From: a virus
Lineage: Duplodnaviria > Caudoviricetes
Direction: 5' to 3' (one strand)
IMG/VR virus record: IMGVR_UViG_3300027533_000074
Span: 1-28,069 of that record
DNA: 28,069 bases
Shown here one piece after another: positions 9,215 to 16,293 of this stretch. How positions within the stretch are numbered: the stretch's first letter is position 1; the number at the start of each line of letters is the position of its first letter. The notes below the pieces were generated by a model. That model made no database searches and was not told the DNA's origin. It saw only the letters and a list, made by a program, of their open reading frames with translations. Both the position numbers and the translations under genes were made by a program.

Positions 9215-9576
9215 GCTCCAGCCCCCACAATTGGGGCCGTAGACCCCTTGGAAGGGGCCGTAGTCCAGCCGGTTTCGTCTGTGGGAGGTTTTGGGGCCTC
9301 CGTAGACCATTGGGAGCCTGTCAACAGCTTGGCCCGTTCCTTGGCCTCCCTGTCCGCCCGGACAGCCTCGATTGCCATGGCCTCCCGGAAGGTCACCCGG
9401 GAGCCGTCCCCCAAGGGCTTGGCGTTCAGGAAATTGTCCCGGCATACTTGACAGGTTACGTCCTGAAAGACGGTTGCCAGTTCATTTGCTGGTACGATTT
9501 CATCGCACAACGCCATTTGCTTCGTTGTCCCGTGCAAAGGACCATTCCAGAACATTAGTGCCATATGTCTAGTCAT
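9199..9576 (-). CDS. Hypothetical protein with putative Zn-binding H..C..CxxC
   Basis: ATGA coupling to upstream gene; H...ALC...VTCQVC. Confidence 0.7.
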   Translation of the reverse strand: MTRHMALMFWNGPLHGTTKQMALCDEIVPANELATVFQDVTCQVCRDNFLNAKPLGDGSRVTFREAMAIEAVRADREAKERAKLLTGSQWSTEAPKPPTDETGWTTAPSKGSTAPIVGAGAWRTE

Positions 9577-9725
9577 TTCTTTACCCTTTCCTTGATCGTA
9601 TCTACGTCCCAACCAATGTAACCAATTGAATTGCGTATCCGCTCTAACTTAGCGTCAACGAAGTACGTAAAACCTGCTAGACACACTAACGCAAAGATAT
9701 ACGCCCGGATTTCAGAGTAGTTCAT
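9573..9725 (-). CDS. Small membrane-anchored protein, 50 aa (MNYSEIRAYIFALVCLAGFTYFVDAKL...)
   Basis: Below the track's cut-off; ATGA overlaps at both ends; hydrophobic N-terminal segment. Confidence 0.7.
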   Translation of the reverse strand: MNYSEIRAYIFALVCLAGFTYFVDAKLERIRNSIGYIGWDVDTIKERVKK

Positions 9726-10012
9726 TTAGTTGTCACCTCTAAGATTGTTGTCATAAGATACGCCCCTAGGAACGCCGCCGCTAGGCCGGATATTATGGCT
9801 GTCCATATCATGTAGTTCTGTATTCGTTGTTCAAGAGCTACGGAGATAGATACGAACAGTAGATACGTTACCAGCCCCACTATCCCGGCGGATATCAGCC
9901 CGGTTAGCAGGATCAATTGAACGTAGTTCGGAGCCTTGAACACGAACACGAAGGCTCCGATCATGATTGATACGGATAAGCCGTAGATTAGTAGTCTACC
10001 CGGGTCAATCAT
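9722..10012 (-). CDS. Membrane protein, about 3 TM helices
   Basis: ATGA overlap with upstream stop; three hydrophobic stretches. Confidence 0.75.
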   Translation of the reverse strand: MIDPGRLLIYGLSVSIMIGAFVFVFKAPNYVQLILLTGLISAGIVGLVTYLLFVSISVALEQRIQNYMIWTAIISGLAAAFLGAYLMTTILEVTTK

Positions 10013-10908
10013 TCCTTGGCCTCCATTGAAGCTTTGATGTGCCGTTCTTTCAGGATGATACCCTTTTGAATATCGCCCCGCCAGAACTTGGGAACCCAAC
10101 GTATGCATTCGTCTGTTTGCTCCCGATGATAGGTTCTGAAATGACCTTCAACGGCATGATAGGCCGGACTTTCCCTGAACCTGTCCCCCACACTAAGGGT
10201 AGAATTGGAGTTAGGTTCGTATTTGATCCGGGGCTTATCAATCATGATCGTAACTTGTTTGAATTCGATCAACGGACGTTTGCCGCGCCTAGCCCTAGCC
10301 TTTTGCAGCTTGTGGGAATGAACAGTCTTTTTAATCTCACATACCTTGGGAATGGACAGGACAAACAAACAATCCAAAGCGTCTCTAACGTAAGCCGTTA
10401 TCGTATCTTCGCTATCCAGCCCATCCGTCCTAGGCCAACCCAAAGTAAGCATTTCAAAACTCTCTTGCGAAGCATACGGAGGCATATCAACGGCTAGTAC
10501 GCCGAACGTATGGCAAACAGCGTCGTTGCACATAACGAACGATATCGACAACATTTCGGCTTTCTTGGCTATTGTCCCATCTTCGTATTTCATTTCAACG
10601 TCGCAAGACGCAATATAGACCCCGATCTTGGTCCGCTCTACCGGGGTTAGAATAGGGTACTCTATCCAAATGGGGTCCGATGGAAGTTGAATGTTTTTAG
10701 CCCATTGGGCAGACGTTAAGGCCTTTGCCTTGTAAAGACGTTCCACCGTATCGGAAGGGGATTGCTCAAATACATACTTTGAACAATTGTCGTTAGACAT
10801 TGCCCCCACAATAGACATATGGGCGGACATGATGTGTTTCCGGTTTTCTACGTCCGACATTGGGGCCGGTTCCCCTATCTCAAGGTAGCGTTGGGCTACT
10901 GTAGCCAT
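10009..10908 (-). CDS. Phage protein with C-terminal SP..H...GHFR...W....RG motif
   Basis: 299 aa ORF, GGGGAAC RBS, promoter upstream. Confidence 0.8.
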   Translation of the reverse strand: MATVAQRYLEIGEPAPMSDVENRKHIMSAHMSIVGAMSNDNCSKYVFEQSPSDTVERLYKAKALTSAQWAKNIQLPSDPIWIEYPILTPVERTKIGVYIASCDVEMKYEDGTIAKKAEMLSISFVMCNDAVCHTFGVLAVDMPPYASQESFEMLTLGWPRTDGLDSEDTITAYVRDALDCLFVLSIPKVCEIKKTVHSHKLQKARARRGKRPLIEFKQVTIMIDKPRIKYEPNSNSTLSVGDRFRESPAYHAVEGHFRTYHREQTDECIRWVPKFWRGDIQKGIILKERHIKASMEAKE

Positions 10909-10973
10909 GTTGTTCCCCCGTGTTCGTAATGGCAGGTTGCCATGTTGTTCCCCACAAGTTGTTGTAGGATGGG

Positions 10974-11025
10974 AGGCTAGCAGGGTGAAAAGGGTACGTC
11001 AAGGTTCAAACGTATATACGGTTAA
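10974..11025 (-). promoter_or_regulatory. sigma70 promoter with CtrA-type half site
   Basis: TTGACG (11002-10997), 17 bp, TAGCCT; ACGGTTAAC with TTAA at 11022-11025. Confidence 0.6.
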
Positions 11026-11039
11026 CGATTAAATTCAGA

Positions 11040-11640
11040 CGGGGTGGAAATGGGGTAGCCCCGACGTTTTGAATAAAATTTTAGGGGTAGGTGGGGGGTG
11101 GCGTTAACGTTAACGAATTCGCTTTGGGTGTTGTTGTCTATTGATTAAAATTAATTTTAATTTGAATACTTAACGAGTGTTAGGGTAATTAATTAACGTT
11201 AACGGGTATACACCATGTATGTATGTATGTAGGTACAGCCATACGCTTCACATTCATACAACCATAGTGTGTTCGCATAACATACATTATGGAATATAAG
11301 GCGGTCGCCTTATTATTGCAACCTATGTTAGTATGGTAAGTAGCGGTTAGCACTAACGATTAGGGTTAATCATGTATACGCTGTATGAATACTATCTATC
11401 AGATATCTAGCACCCCACAAGGGGCTAAGCCCTTGTTCTTACTTAATATCTATTATATCTATTATTATCTATTAAAAAAGAGAGTAGTTGGACAGTATAG
11501 AGGTGTATAGAAAGGCCGGTTTCCATAGATATCATAGATATTGATTATTATTGTTTAATATCAATAGCTTACCAATATCTATCGCCCCCTAGATATAATA
11601 GATATTGCCTCCCAACAACAACTTTTAACCGTATTTACAT
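11040..11640. other. AT-rich non-coding region, candidate replication origin or genome-end region
   Basis: No ORF; nine TATCTA/TAGATA copies in both orientations; lies at the transcription divergence point. Confidence 0.55.
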
Positions 11641-11676
11641 AGAGTTCTTGACGTATACACTATATACCCCTATGAT
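11625..11676 (+). promoter_or_regulatory. sigma70 promoter with CtrA-type half site
   Basis: TTAACCGT at 11625; TTGACG 11648-11653, 17 bp, TATGAT. Confidence 0.7.
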
Positions 11677-11716
11677 ACCGCCCCGACTACACAACACTAA
11701 TTTGTGGGGAAGTAAC

Positions 11717-11908
11717 ATGTCTAAGCTTGTCTTAATAATCAAAGATGAAAACGAAGTTATCTACCAACATTGGGAACTAGAGACAGACGAACAAAGTATA
11801 GTACGAAACAAAATGAACATATCTAATCTATGGATTAATTACATTTTGCATAAAACTAAGAATATGAAATGTATCATTATCGCAGGCAAACCCCCTGTTA
11901 ACCGATAA
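11717..11908 (+). CDS. Hypothetical protein (MSKLVLIIKDENEVIY...)
   Basis: GGGGAAG RBS; the track's start is inside the -35. Confidence 0.6.
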   Translation: MSKLVLIIKDENEVIYQHWELETDEQSIVRNKMNISNLWINYILHKTKNMKCIIIAGKPPVNR

Positions 11909-11969
11909 TTAACCGTCTCCCAACACTCCAATCTTAGAAGTTGACAACACTACATTCCCAACGTATATT
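11897..11969 (+). promoter_or_regulatory. CtrA-type box plus sigma70 promoter
   Basis: GTTAA-CCGATAA-TTAAC 11897-11913; TTGACA 11941-11946, 17 bp, TATATT. Confidence 0.85.
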
Positions 11970-11997
11970 GAATGAAGTTGAACAACGGGAGACAGAC

Positions 11998-12180
11998 ATG
12001 ACCTACTACCAGAACGAAATACAGAAATTCTTTGGTTGCAGCGAAGTTGCAGCTAAGAATATTCACCAATTGGTGTGCGTTTCGGGGATTTCGTTTTCGA
12101 ATTCCTCACAAGAACAGTTGAACCGGGCTTACACCAATGCCCGTGACGCACTTGTATACCTGAACAAGCTGGAGGATTGA
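11998..12180 (+). CDS. Hypothetical early protein (MTYYQNEIQKFFG...)
   Basis: RBS AACGGGAGACAGAC. Confidence 0.75.
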   Translation: MTYYQNEIQKFFGCSEVAAKNIHQLVCVSGISFSNSSQEQLNRAYTNARDALVYLNKLED

Positions 12181-12183
12181 TAA

Positions 12184-12339
12184 ATGTCTACGGAACTAAT
12201 CAAACAGCTACAATCCGAAATTGCGTACTGGATTGTTCGTATCAAGTTAGAGAATGACTGGAATACGATTGTCAAGATTGAAACCCATATCATGGCACTA
12301 GAACATGAAATCGGAAGATTAGCCCCACATAGGGGCTAG
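12184..12339 (+). CDS. Small helical protein, 51 aa (MSTELIKQLQSEIAYW...)
   Basis: Read by hand; GGAGG RBS; ends inside a terminator. Confidence 0.65.
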   Translation: MSTELIKQLQSEIAYWIVRIKLENDWNTIVKIETHIMALEHEIGRLAPHRG

Positions 12340-12348
12340 TTTCTTTTT
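12320..12348 (+). terminator. Rho-independent terminator
   Basis: TAGCCCC-ACATA-GGGGCTA followed by GTTTCTTTTT. Confidence 0.8.
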
Positions 12349-12393
12349 AACTCATTATCAAAGTATTAAGGTTAACGCCACCCCCCAACTTTA

Positions 12394-12446
12394 TTAACCA
12401 TGATACAAGATAACTATTGACGTATAAATAAGGATATGCCTAGGCT
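12394..12446 (+). promoter_or_regulatory. sigma70 promoter with CtrA-type half site
   Basis: TTAACC at 12394; TTGACG 12417-12422, 18 bp, TAGGCT. Confidence 0.55.
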
Positions 12447-12469
12447 GGACCCCCACATAGGAGGGCAGA

Positions 12470-12739
12470 TTGTTCAAGGACCTAGAGGCCAAGTCCCATA
12501 AGTATACTAACATTGAACATAGGGCATACATCAAGTGTGGGGATAAGTTACTACTAATATCCGTCACAAGTCATTATAAGTCCCATAGAACATACGGCAA
12601 AGTTATTTCTAGCTTCTGGAGGCTGAAAGGGGATACAATCAGCCGACTAGCCGCCCAACTGCTATTCGAGGCCTACCCATCACAAGAGTTTCGCAAATGC
12701 AAGCTACTAGCGCCCAACCAATCCATATCAACAACGTAA
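12470..12739 (+). CDS. Hypothetical protein
   Basis: AGGAGG RBS before TTG. Confidence 0.65.
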   Translation: MFKDLEAKSHKYTNIEHRAYIKCGDKLLLISVTSHYKSHRTYGKVISSFWRLKGDTISRLAAQLLFEAYPSQEFRKCKLLAPNQSISTT

Positions 12740-12945
12740 CCTTTCGCTGCTATCATGTCGTAGGCCTCCGGTTCAAATGGGTTAGTGACGATACAGAACT
12801 AGAGGCCTATCGCTACCCCCATTCATTGACGTATCGGGCCGTAGTAAGAGGGGAACTAATCCAGAAGAAATTTCGTTCAATGCAAGGGGCAATGCGATAC
12901 GCCGTTGAAGTTCGGCAATCCTATGACGTATGGAAGGAAAGATAA
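12697..12945 (+). CDS. Hypothetical protein
   Basis: 82 aa ORF; TAATG coupling to the next gene. Confidence 0.65.
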   Translation: MQATSAQPIHINNVTFRCYHVVGLRFKWVSDDTELEAYRYPHSLTYRAVVRGELIQKKFRSMQGAMRYAVEVRQSYDVWKER

Positions 12946-13211
12946 TGCCTCAAACCCGAACCCTTAAAACGAATTGTACGAATTGCCAACTTGAACTAGA
13001 CGGAGCTACACACCCCACAATGGACATTGGACCCAAGCCCGGGGATATATCCGTTTGCGTCTATTGCGGTCACGTCATGGCATTTACAGACACTCTTGGA
13101 TTGCGTGACTTGACAGACGCCGAAATCGTTGCCGTAGCCGGAGACAAGCAATTATTGGAGGCCCAACATTTCGGGGCGTTCTTCCGCAAGCTGGACAAGG
13201 AAAATCAATGA
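12945..13211 (+). CDS. Zinc-ribbon-like protein
   Basis: CTNC...CVYCG; ATG 12945 after AAGGAAAG. Confidence 0.75.
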   Translation: MPQTRTLKTNCTNCQLELDGATHPTMDIGPKPGDISVCVYCGHVMAFTDTLGLRDLTDAEIVAVAGDKQLLEAQHFGAFFRKLDKENQ

Positions 13212-13306
13212 TGCGCCTACGCCCGGGGGTCAAAATGCTACTTGCGGTCATGTTGCTGGAGGCATGGATTTTAGTTCTAGTTGTGCTATGGTTGCTATTC
13301 CACTAA
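13208..13306 (+). CDS. 32-aa single-TM peptide
   Basis: ATGA overlap, AAGGA RBS; MMRLRPGVKMLLAVMLLEAWILVLVVLWLLFH. Confidence 0.55.
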   Translation: MMRLRPGVKMLLAVMLLEAWILVLVVLWLLFH

Positions 13307-13330
13307 CCCCCATCCTGAAAGGATATTCCA

Positions 13331-14287
13331 ATGCTTAACGTTAAAGACTTAGGTGCGAAAGGCAACGGAACAACGGACGATACAGAAGCACTACAGAACG
13401 CAATCAACGGAGACGACAGACACATCTATTTCCCCAAGGGGCGCTATCTCATTTCCAGCCCTATCAGCTTTGAAACTCCCAACTTGAACTTTCATTACGA
13501 AGGCGAACCCGGGGCCGGTATCGTAGGCAACTTCCCGGACGCATTATTCAAGCGTAGCGTAAAGTCACCAATCGGAGGTGTTCACGTTATCGAAAAACTG
13601 ATATTCGAGAACGGGCATAAAGACGGTAAGTGTTTGATGCTTCATTCTTGCGTTACGGCTGAAGTATCCAATTGTGGGTTTCAAGGTCAATGCAAGGTAG
13701 GAATTGAAACGTTCAATTCACAATGTCTTACAATGAATACCTGTTACGTCATCGGTATCAGGGGTGTTGGGGTTATGGCTGGAAATGCTACAGCCCTATT
13801 CAATTGTGATATTACGGGCTGTAACGAAGGGGTACGTCATCAAAACCTAGGCCTTACGGTTATGGGCGGTAGGTACGAAGTAAACGGGATTGCGTTTCAC
13901 TTGGGGCAGAATGAAAAGGGTGAAACGTTCCAATCTACCGGGGCCAAGATTTCGGGCCTATCCATGGAAAGTAACGACTACGGTATCTATGTTCGGGCCG
14001 GGGCCTCCATTGAAATCAGCGGGAATGCAATTACGAACAATACGCCCGATAAACATGCCGGGCTATACGTCCATGATGGGGAGGAAATCTTGTTCATGGG
14101 GAACGGCGTTAGCTCCGGTACCCATCCGTTCCTAGACGCTGCAATCTATCTGAACAACCCGAAACAATCCGTATTTCTTGCGAACCGTATCAGCGTAGCT
14201 AGTGGCAAGGATTGGCGTATGCCCGAAAGTTTGGAGGGGCGTAACTTGTTCTTTGCAGCGAACCTACCCCCGGCCCCCGGAGCCTGA
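13331..14287 (+). CDS. Right-handed beta-helix protein (pectate lyase 3-like), putative polysaccharide depolymerase
   Basis: NVKDLGAKGNGTTDDTEALQNAIN...IYFPKGRYLIS signature; N/G/I-rich coils. Confidence 0.85.
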   Translation: MLNVKDLGAKGNGTTDDTEALQNAINGDDRHIYFPKGRYLISSPISFETPNLNFHYEGEPGAGIVGNFPDALFKRSVKSPIGGVHVIEKLIFENGHKDGKCLMLHSCVTAEVSNCGFQGQCKVGIETFNSQCLTMNTCYVIGIRGVGVMAGNATALFNCDITGCNEGVRHQNLGLTVMGGRYEVNGIAFHLGQNEKGETFQSTGAKISGLSMESNDYGIYVRAGASIEISGNAITNNTPDKHAGLYVHDGEEILFMGNGVSSGTHPFLDAAIYLNNPKQSVFLANRISVASGKDWRMPESLEGRNLFFAANLPPAPGA

Positions 14288-14305
14288 TATCGGATAGGTT
14301 GCGAA

Positions 14306-14335
14306 GCCCCGGGCCACAACCCGGGGTTTTTCTTT
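14306..14335 (+). terminator. Rho-independent terminator
   Basis: GCCCCGGG-CCACAA-CCCGGGGT followed by TTTTCTTT. Confidence 0.85.
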
Positions 14336-14396
14336 ATCAATTTGTTAACCACTATCAATCGTCGTAGTTGACGAACGTAGCTAGGCCCCGTATATT
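14334..14396 (+). promoter_or_regulatory. Degenerate CtrA-type box plus sigma70 promoter
   Basis: TTAT-CAATTTG-TTAAC 14334-14349; TTGACG 14368-14373, 17 bp, TATATT. Confidence 0.75.
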
Positions 14397-14442
14397 CTAA
14401 TTCATGAGCAACGGGGAATGGTCCCCATAGACGGAGGCTCTA

Positions 14443-14727
14443 ATGAACTCTCAAATCGTAGCGAACGTCAACGGACGGGACGTAACCCGGGGCGAACTTT
14501 CGGAGGCTTTCAACTTGGTTGTTAACAAGACCAATTGGAAGTATCCAGTTGACGCCCGGGTTATCTTGACCCCCGAACAGCGCAACTTGGTAACGGAAGC
14601 CGTTATCTTCTTTGCCGGATGCGTCCCCACATTCGAACCCCAAGGCCCCGTGTTCGAAAGCTTCAATCAGCTTGTTTGCGAATACCGGGTTAGGGCAGTT
14701 GGCTACTACAATGCGGTAGGGGCCTAG
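14443..14727 (+). CDS. Hypothetical early phage protein
   Basis: GGAGG RBS; AF..V....NWK.P.....AV.FF.G......V.A.GYY..G pattern. Confidence 0.8.
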   Translation: MNSQIVANVNGRDVTRGELSEAFNLVVNKTNWKYPVDARVILTPEQRNLVTEAVIFFAGCVPTFEPQGPVFESFNQLVCEYRVRAVGYYNAVGA

Positions 14728-14731
14728 GACC

Positions 14732-14986
14732 ATGGCAAAGCCTCCGGGCTACGACGTTAAAATTCTTACCCTGATACGGGATACGGAACTAGGGGAAATT
14801 CGGGTCACGAATTATTCTACCCCTACGTCCCAACTCTACCGGGTCACGGCGTTTATTCCGGGCTACGCCTTGTTAGGCCCCGGTATTCCGGATTTAGAGA
14901 AATGGTGCGATACGCTGCTACTTGCCATAGATACGTTTGGGAGGTACGCTGATACCGCCCGCAAACAGGGTTGGAGTTCCCATTAA
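14732..14986 (+). CDS. Hypothetical protein
   Basis: 84 aa ORF starting 4 bp after the previous stop. Confidence 0.65.
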   Translation: MAKPPGYDVKILTLIRDTELGEIRVTNYSTPTSQLYRVTAFIPGYALLGPGIPDLEKWCDTLLLAIDTFGRYADTARKQGWSSH

Positions 14987-15055
14987 CGGTTTGTTTACTA
15001 TACGCCAACGTCCCCCATTTTCGTAGTTGACTATCGTAGGTCCGTCGTCTATATT
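14983..15055 (+). promoter_or_regulatory. Degenerate CtrA-type box plus sigma70 promoter
   Basis: TTAA-CGGTTTG-TTTAC 14983-14998; TTGACT 15027-15032, 17 bp, TATATT. Confidence 0.75.
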
Positions 15056-15102
15056 CCGACTATCAGGAACGGGGCAAGGCCCCACAGACAGGAACTACGA
15101 AC

Positions 15103-15309
15103 ATGATGGACATTGATACCGCCAAGTCCTACGCCACCCGCGAAAACCTCATGAAAGCTCTTGAGCGTCTTGGGTTCGCTGATAAGCGCCCGATGGTTGT
15201 TCGGAATTCGGAAGGACGTTGGACGGCTATTTTCTCCCTGTCCATGGCCGGGATTGACGGCGGGTATATCGCCGTGTTTGCGGTTCATGGTTTCAAGACG
15301 TTCCAGTAA
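15103..15309 (+). CDS. Hypothetical early protein
   Basis: AGGA RBS; own promoter and terminator. Confidence 0.8.
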   Translation: MMDIDTAKSYATRENLMKALERLGFADKRPMVVRNSEGRWTAIFSLSMAGIDGGYIAVFAVHGFKTFQ

Positions 15310-15336
15310 TCAACAGAAAGGAAGGTGATAAGGAAC

Positions 15337-15368
15337 AGCCCCGGTAGGTCCCCCCTCCGGGGCTTTTT
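15337..15368 (+). terminator. Rho-independent terminator
   Basis: AGCCCCGG...CCGGGGCT followed by TTTT. Confidence 0.75.
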
Positions 15369-15444
15369 CGTTGCCCGTATACGATTGATTAAGGTTAACG
15401 GTTCTTAACCGTATACGGCGAAACTACGTACGTATTCAACGTAG

Positions 15445-15473
15445 TTGACTATCGTAGGTCCAGCCCGTATATT
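15445..15473 (+). promoter_or_regulatory. sigma70 promoter
   Basis: TTGACT, 17 bp, TATATT; upstream TTAA-N6-TTAA variant at 15395-15408. Confidence 0.8.
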
Positions 15474-15507
15474 CTCACTATCGGAACAACGGAACGGAGT
15501 TACGGAC

Positions 15508-15798
15508 ATGGCCAAGAAAACTTATACGGTAACTTTCAAGGACGGGGCCACCCATAGCCGCAAGTCAGAACGGGCGTATACCTACGCCTACAAATATTCG
15601 TCATGGTACGAAGCATTTTGCTACGACCCGGAAAACCCGGACGCGGAAATTCCAGTGTTCCACCACTATACCAAAGTAGGCTTTGCAGCTACGAAGGAAC
15701 TTGCCGAAAAAGCCTTGACAACTCGGTTGAACGAAGCCGCTACCGCCCCGGATAGGGTTCACGTCATCGGGGGCGAAGTTGCCCCCGTTAACGGATAA
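15508..15798 (+). CDS. Hypothetical early protein (MAKKTYTVTFKDGATHSRKSERAYTYA...)
   Basis: ATG after AACGGAGTTACGGAC. Confidence 0.8.
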   Translation: MAKKTYTVTFKDGATHSRKSERAYTYAYKYSSWYEAFCYDPENPDAEIPVFHHYTKVGFAATKELAEKALTTRLNEAATAPDRVHVIGGEVAPVNG

Positions 15799-15850
15799 TT
15801 AACCGTATACTACGGGAGGGGTTGACTATCGTAGGTTCGTGCCGTATATT
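15787..15850 (+). promoter_or_regulatory. CtrA-type box plus sigma70 promoter
   Basis: GTTAA-CGGATAA-TTAAC 15787-15803; TTGACT 15822-15827, 17 bp, TATATT. Confidence 0.85.
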
Positions 15851-15891
15851 CGTGACAGTTGAACGGGCCAAGGCCCAACGGGAGAACGGAC

Positions 15892-16194
15892 ATGACAAAG
15901 TTTCTTAAGAGCGAATTCCACTATTGGGGCGGATATCTGGACTACGGGCCGGAGCGCAAGTTCGTTGGCCGGTTCAAACATCAAGGCTCCAAAGCCGCCG
16001 CCGCGTTCGCCCGGTTCCTTGTGAAGAACTTCACGGTTGAAGAATACTTCAACGCCCGGGAGGCCAAACAGTCCCCGTTGGACATTCTGGAGGCCAAGGG
16101 GTTCATCCTGCCCCATATCCTGTCTTGGTTGAAGTCCGGACAGCTTGCCGAATGGAAGGGCCAAGGCTACGCCTATTGGAAGGCCCGGCAGTAA
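15892..16194 (+). CDS. Hypothetical early protein (MTKFLKSEFHYWGGYLDY...)
   Basis: ATG after AACGGGAGAACGGAC. Confidence 0.8.
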   Translation: MTKFLKSEFHYWGGYLDYGPERKFVGRFKHQGSKAAAAFARFLVKNFTVEEYFNAREAKQSPLDILEAKGFILPHILSWLKSGQLAEWKGQGYAYWKARQ

Positions 16195-16202
16195 CCAACG
16201 AA

Positions 16203-16231
16203 CCCCGGGGCGAACCCCCGGGACTTTCTTT
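16203..16231 (+). terminator. Terminator between convergent genes
   Basis: CCCGGGG-CGAAC-CCCCGGG followed by ACTTTCTTT. Confidence 0.75.
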
Positions 16232-16293
16232 GACCCATAGTTACAATTTGAACTATTAGCAATCTATTAAGGTTAACCCAAAGACCCAAAACG

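Noticed and set aside
15389-15408. CtrA box at the 15445 promoter
   Set aside because: Spacer is N6 and offset is 37, so it was not counted among the phased sites
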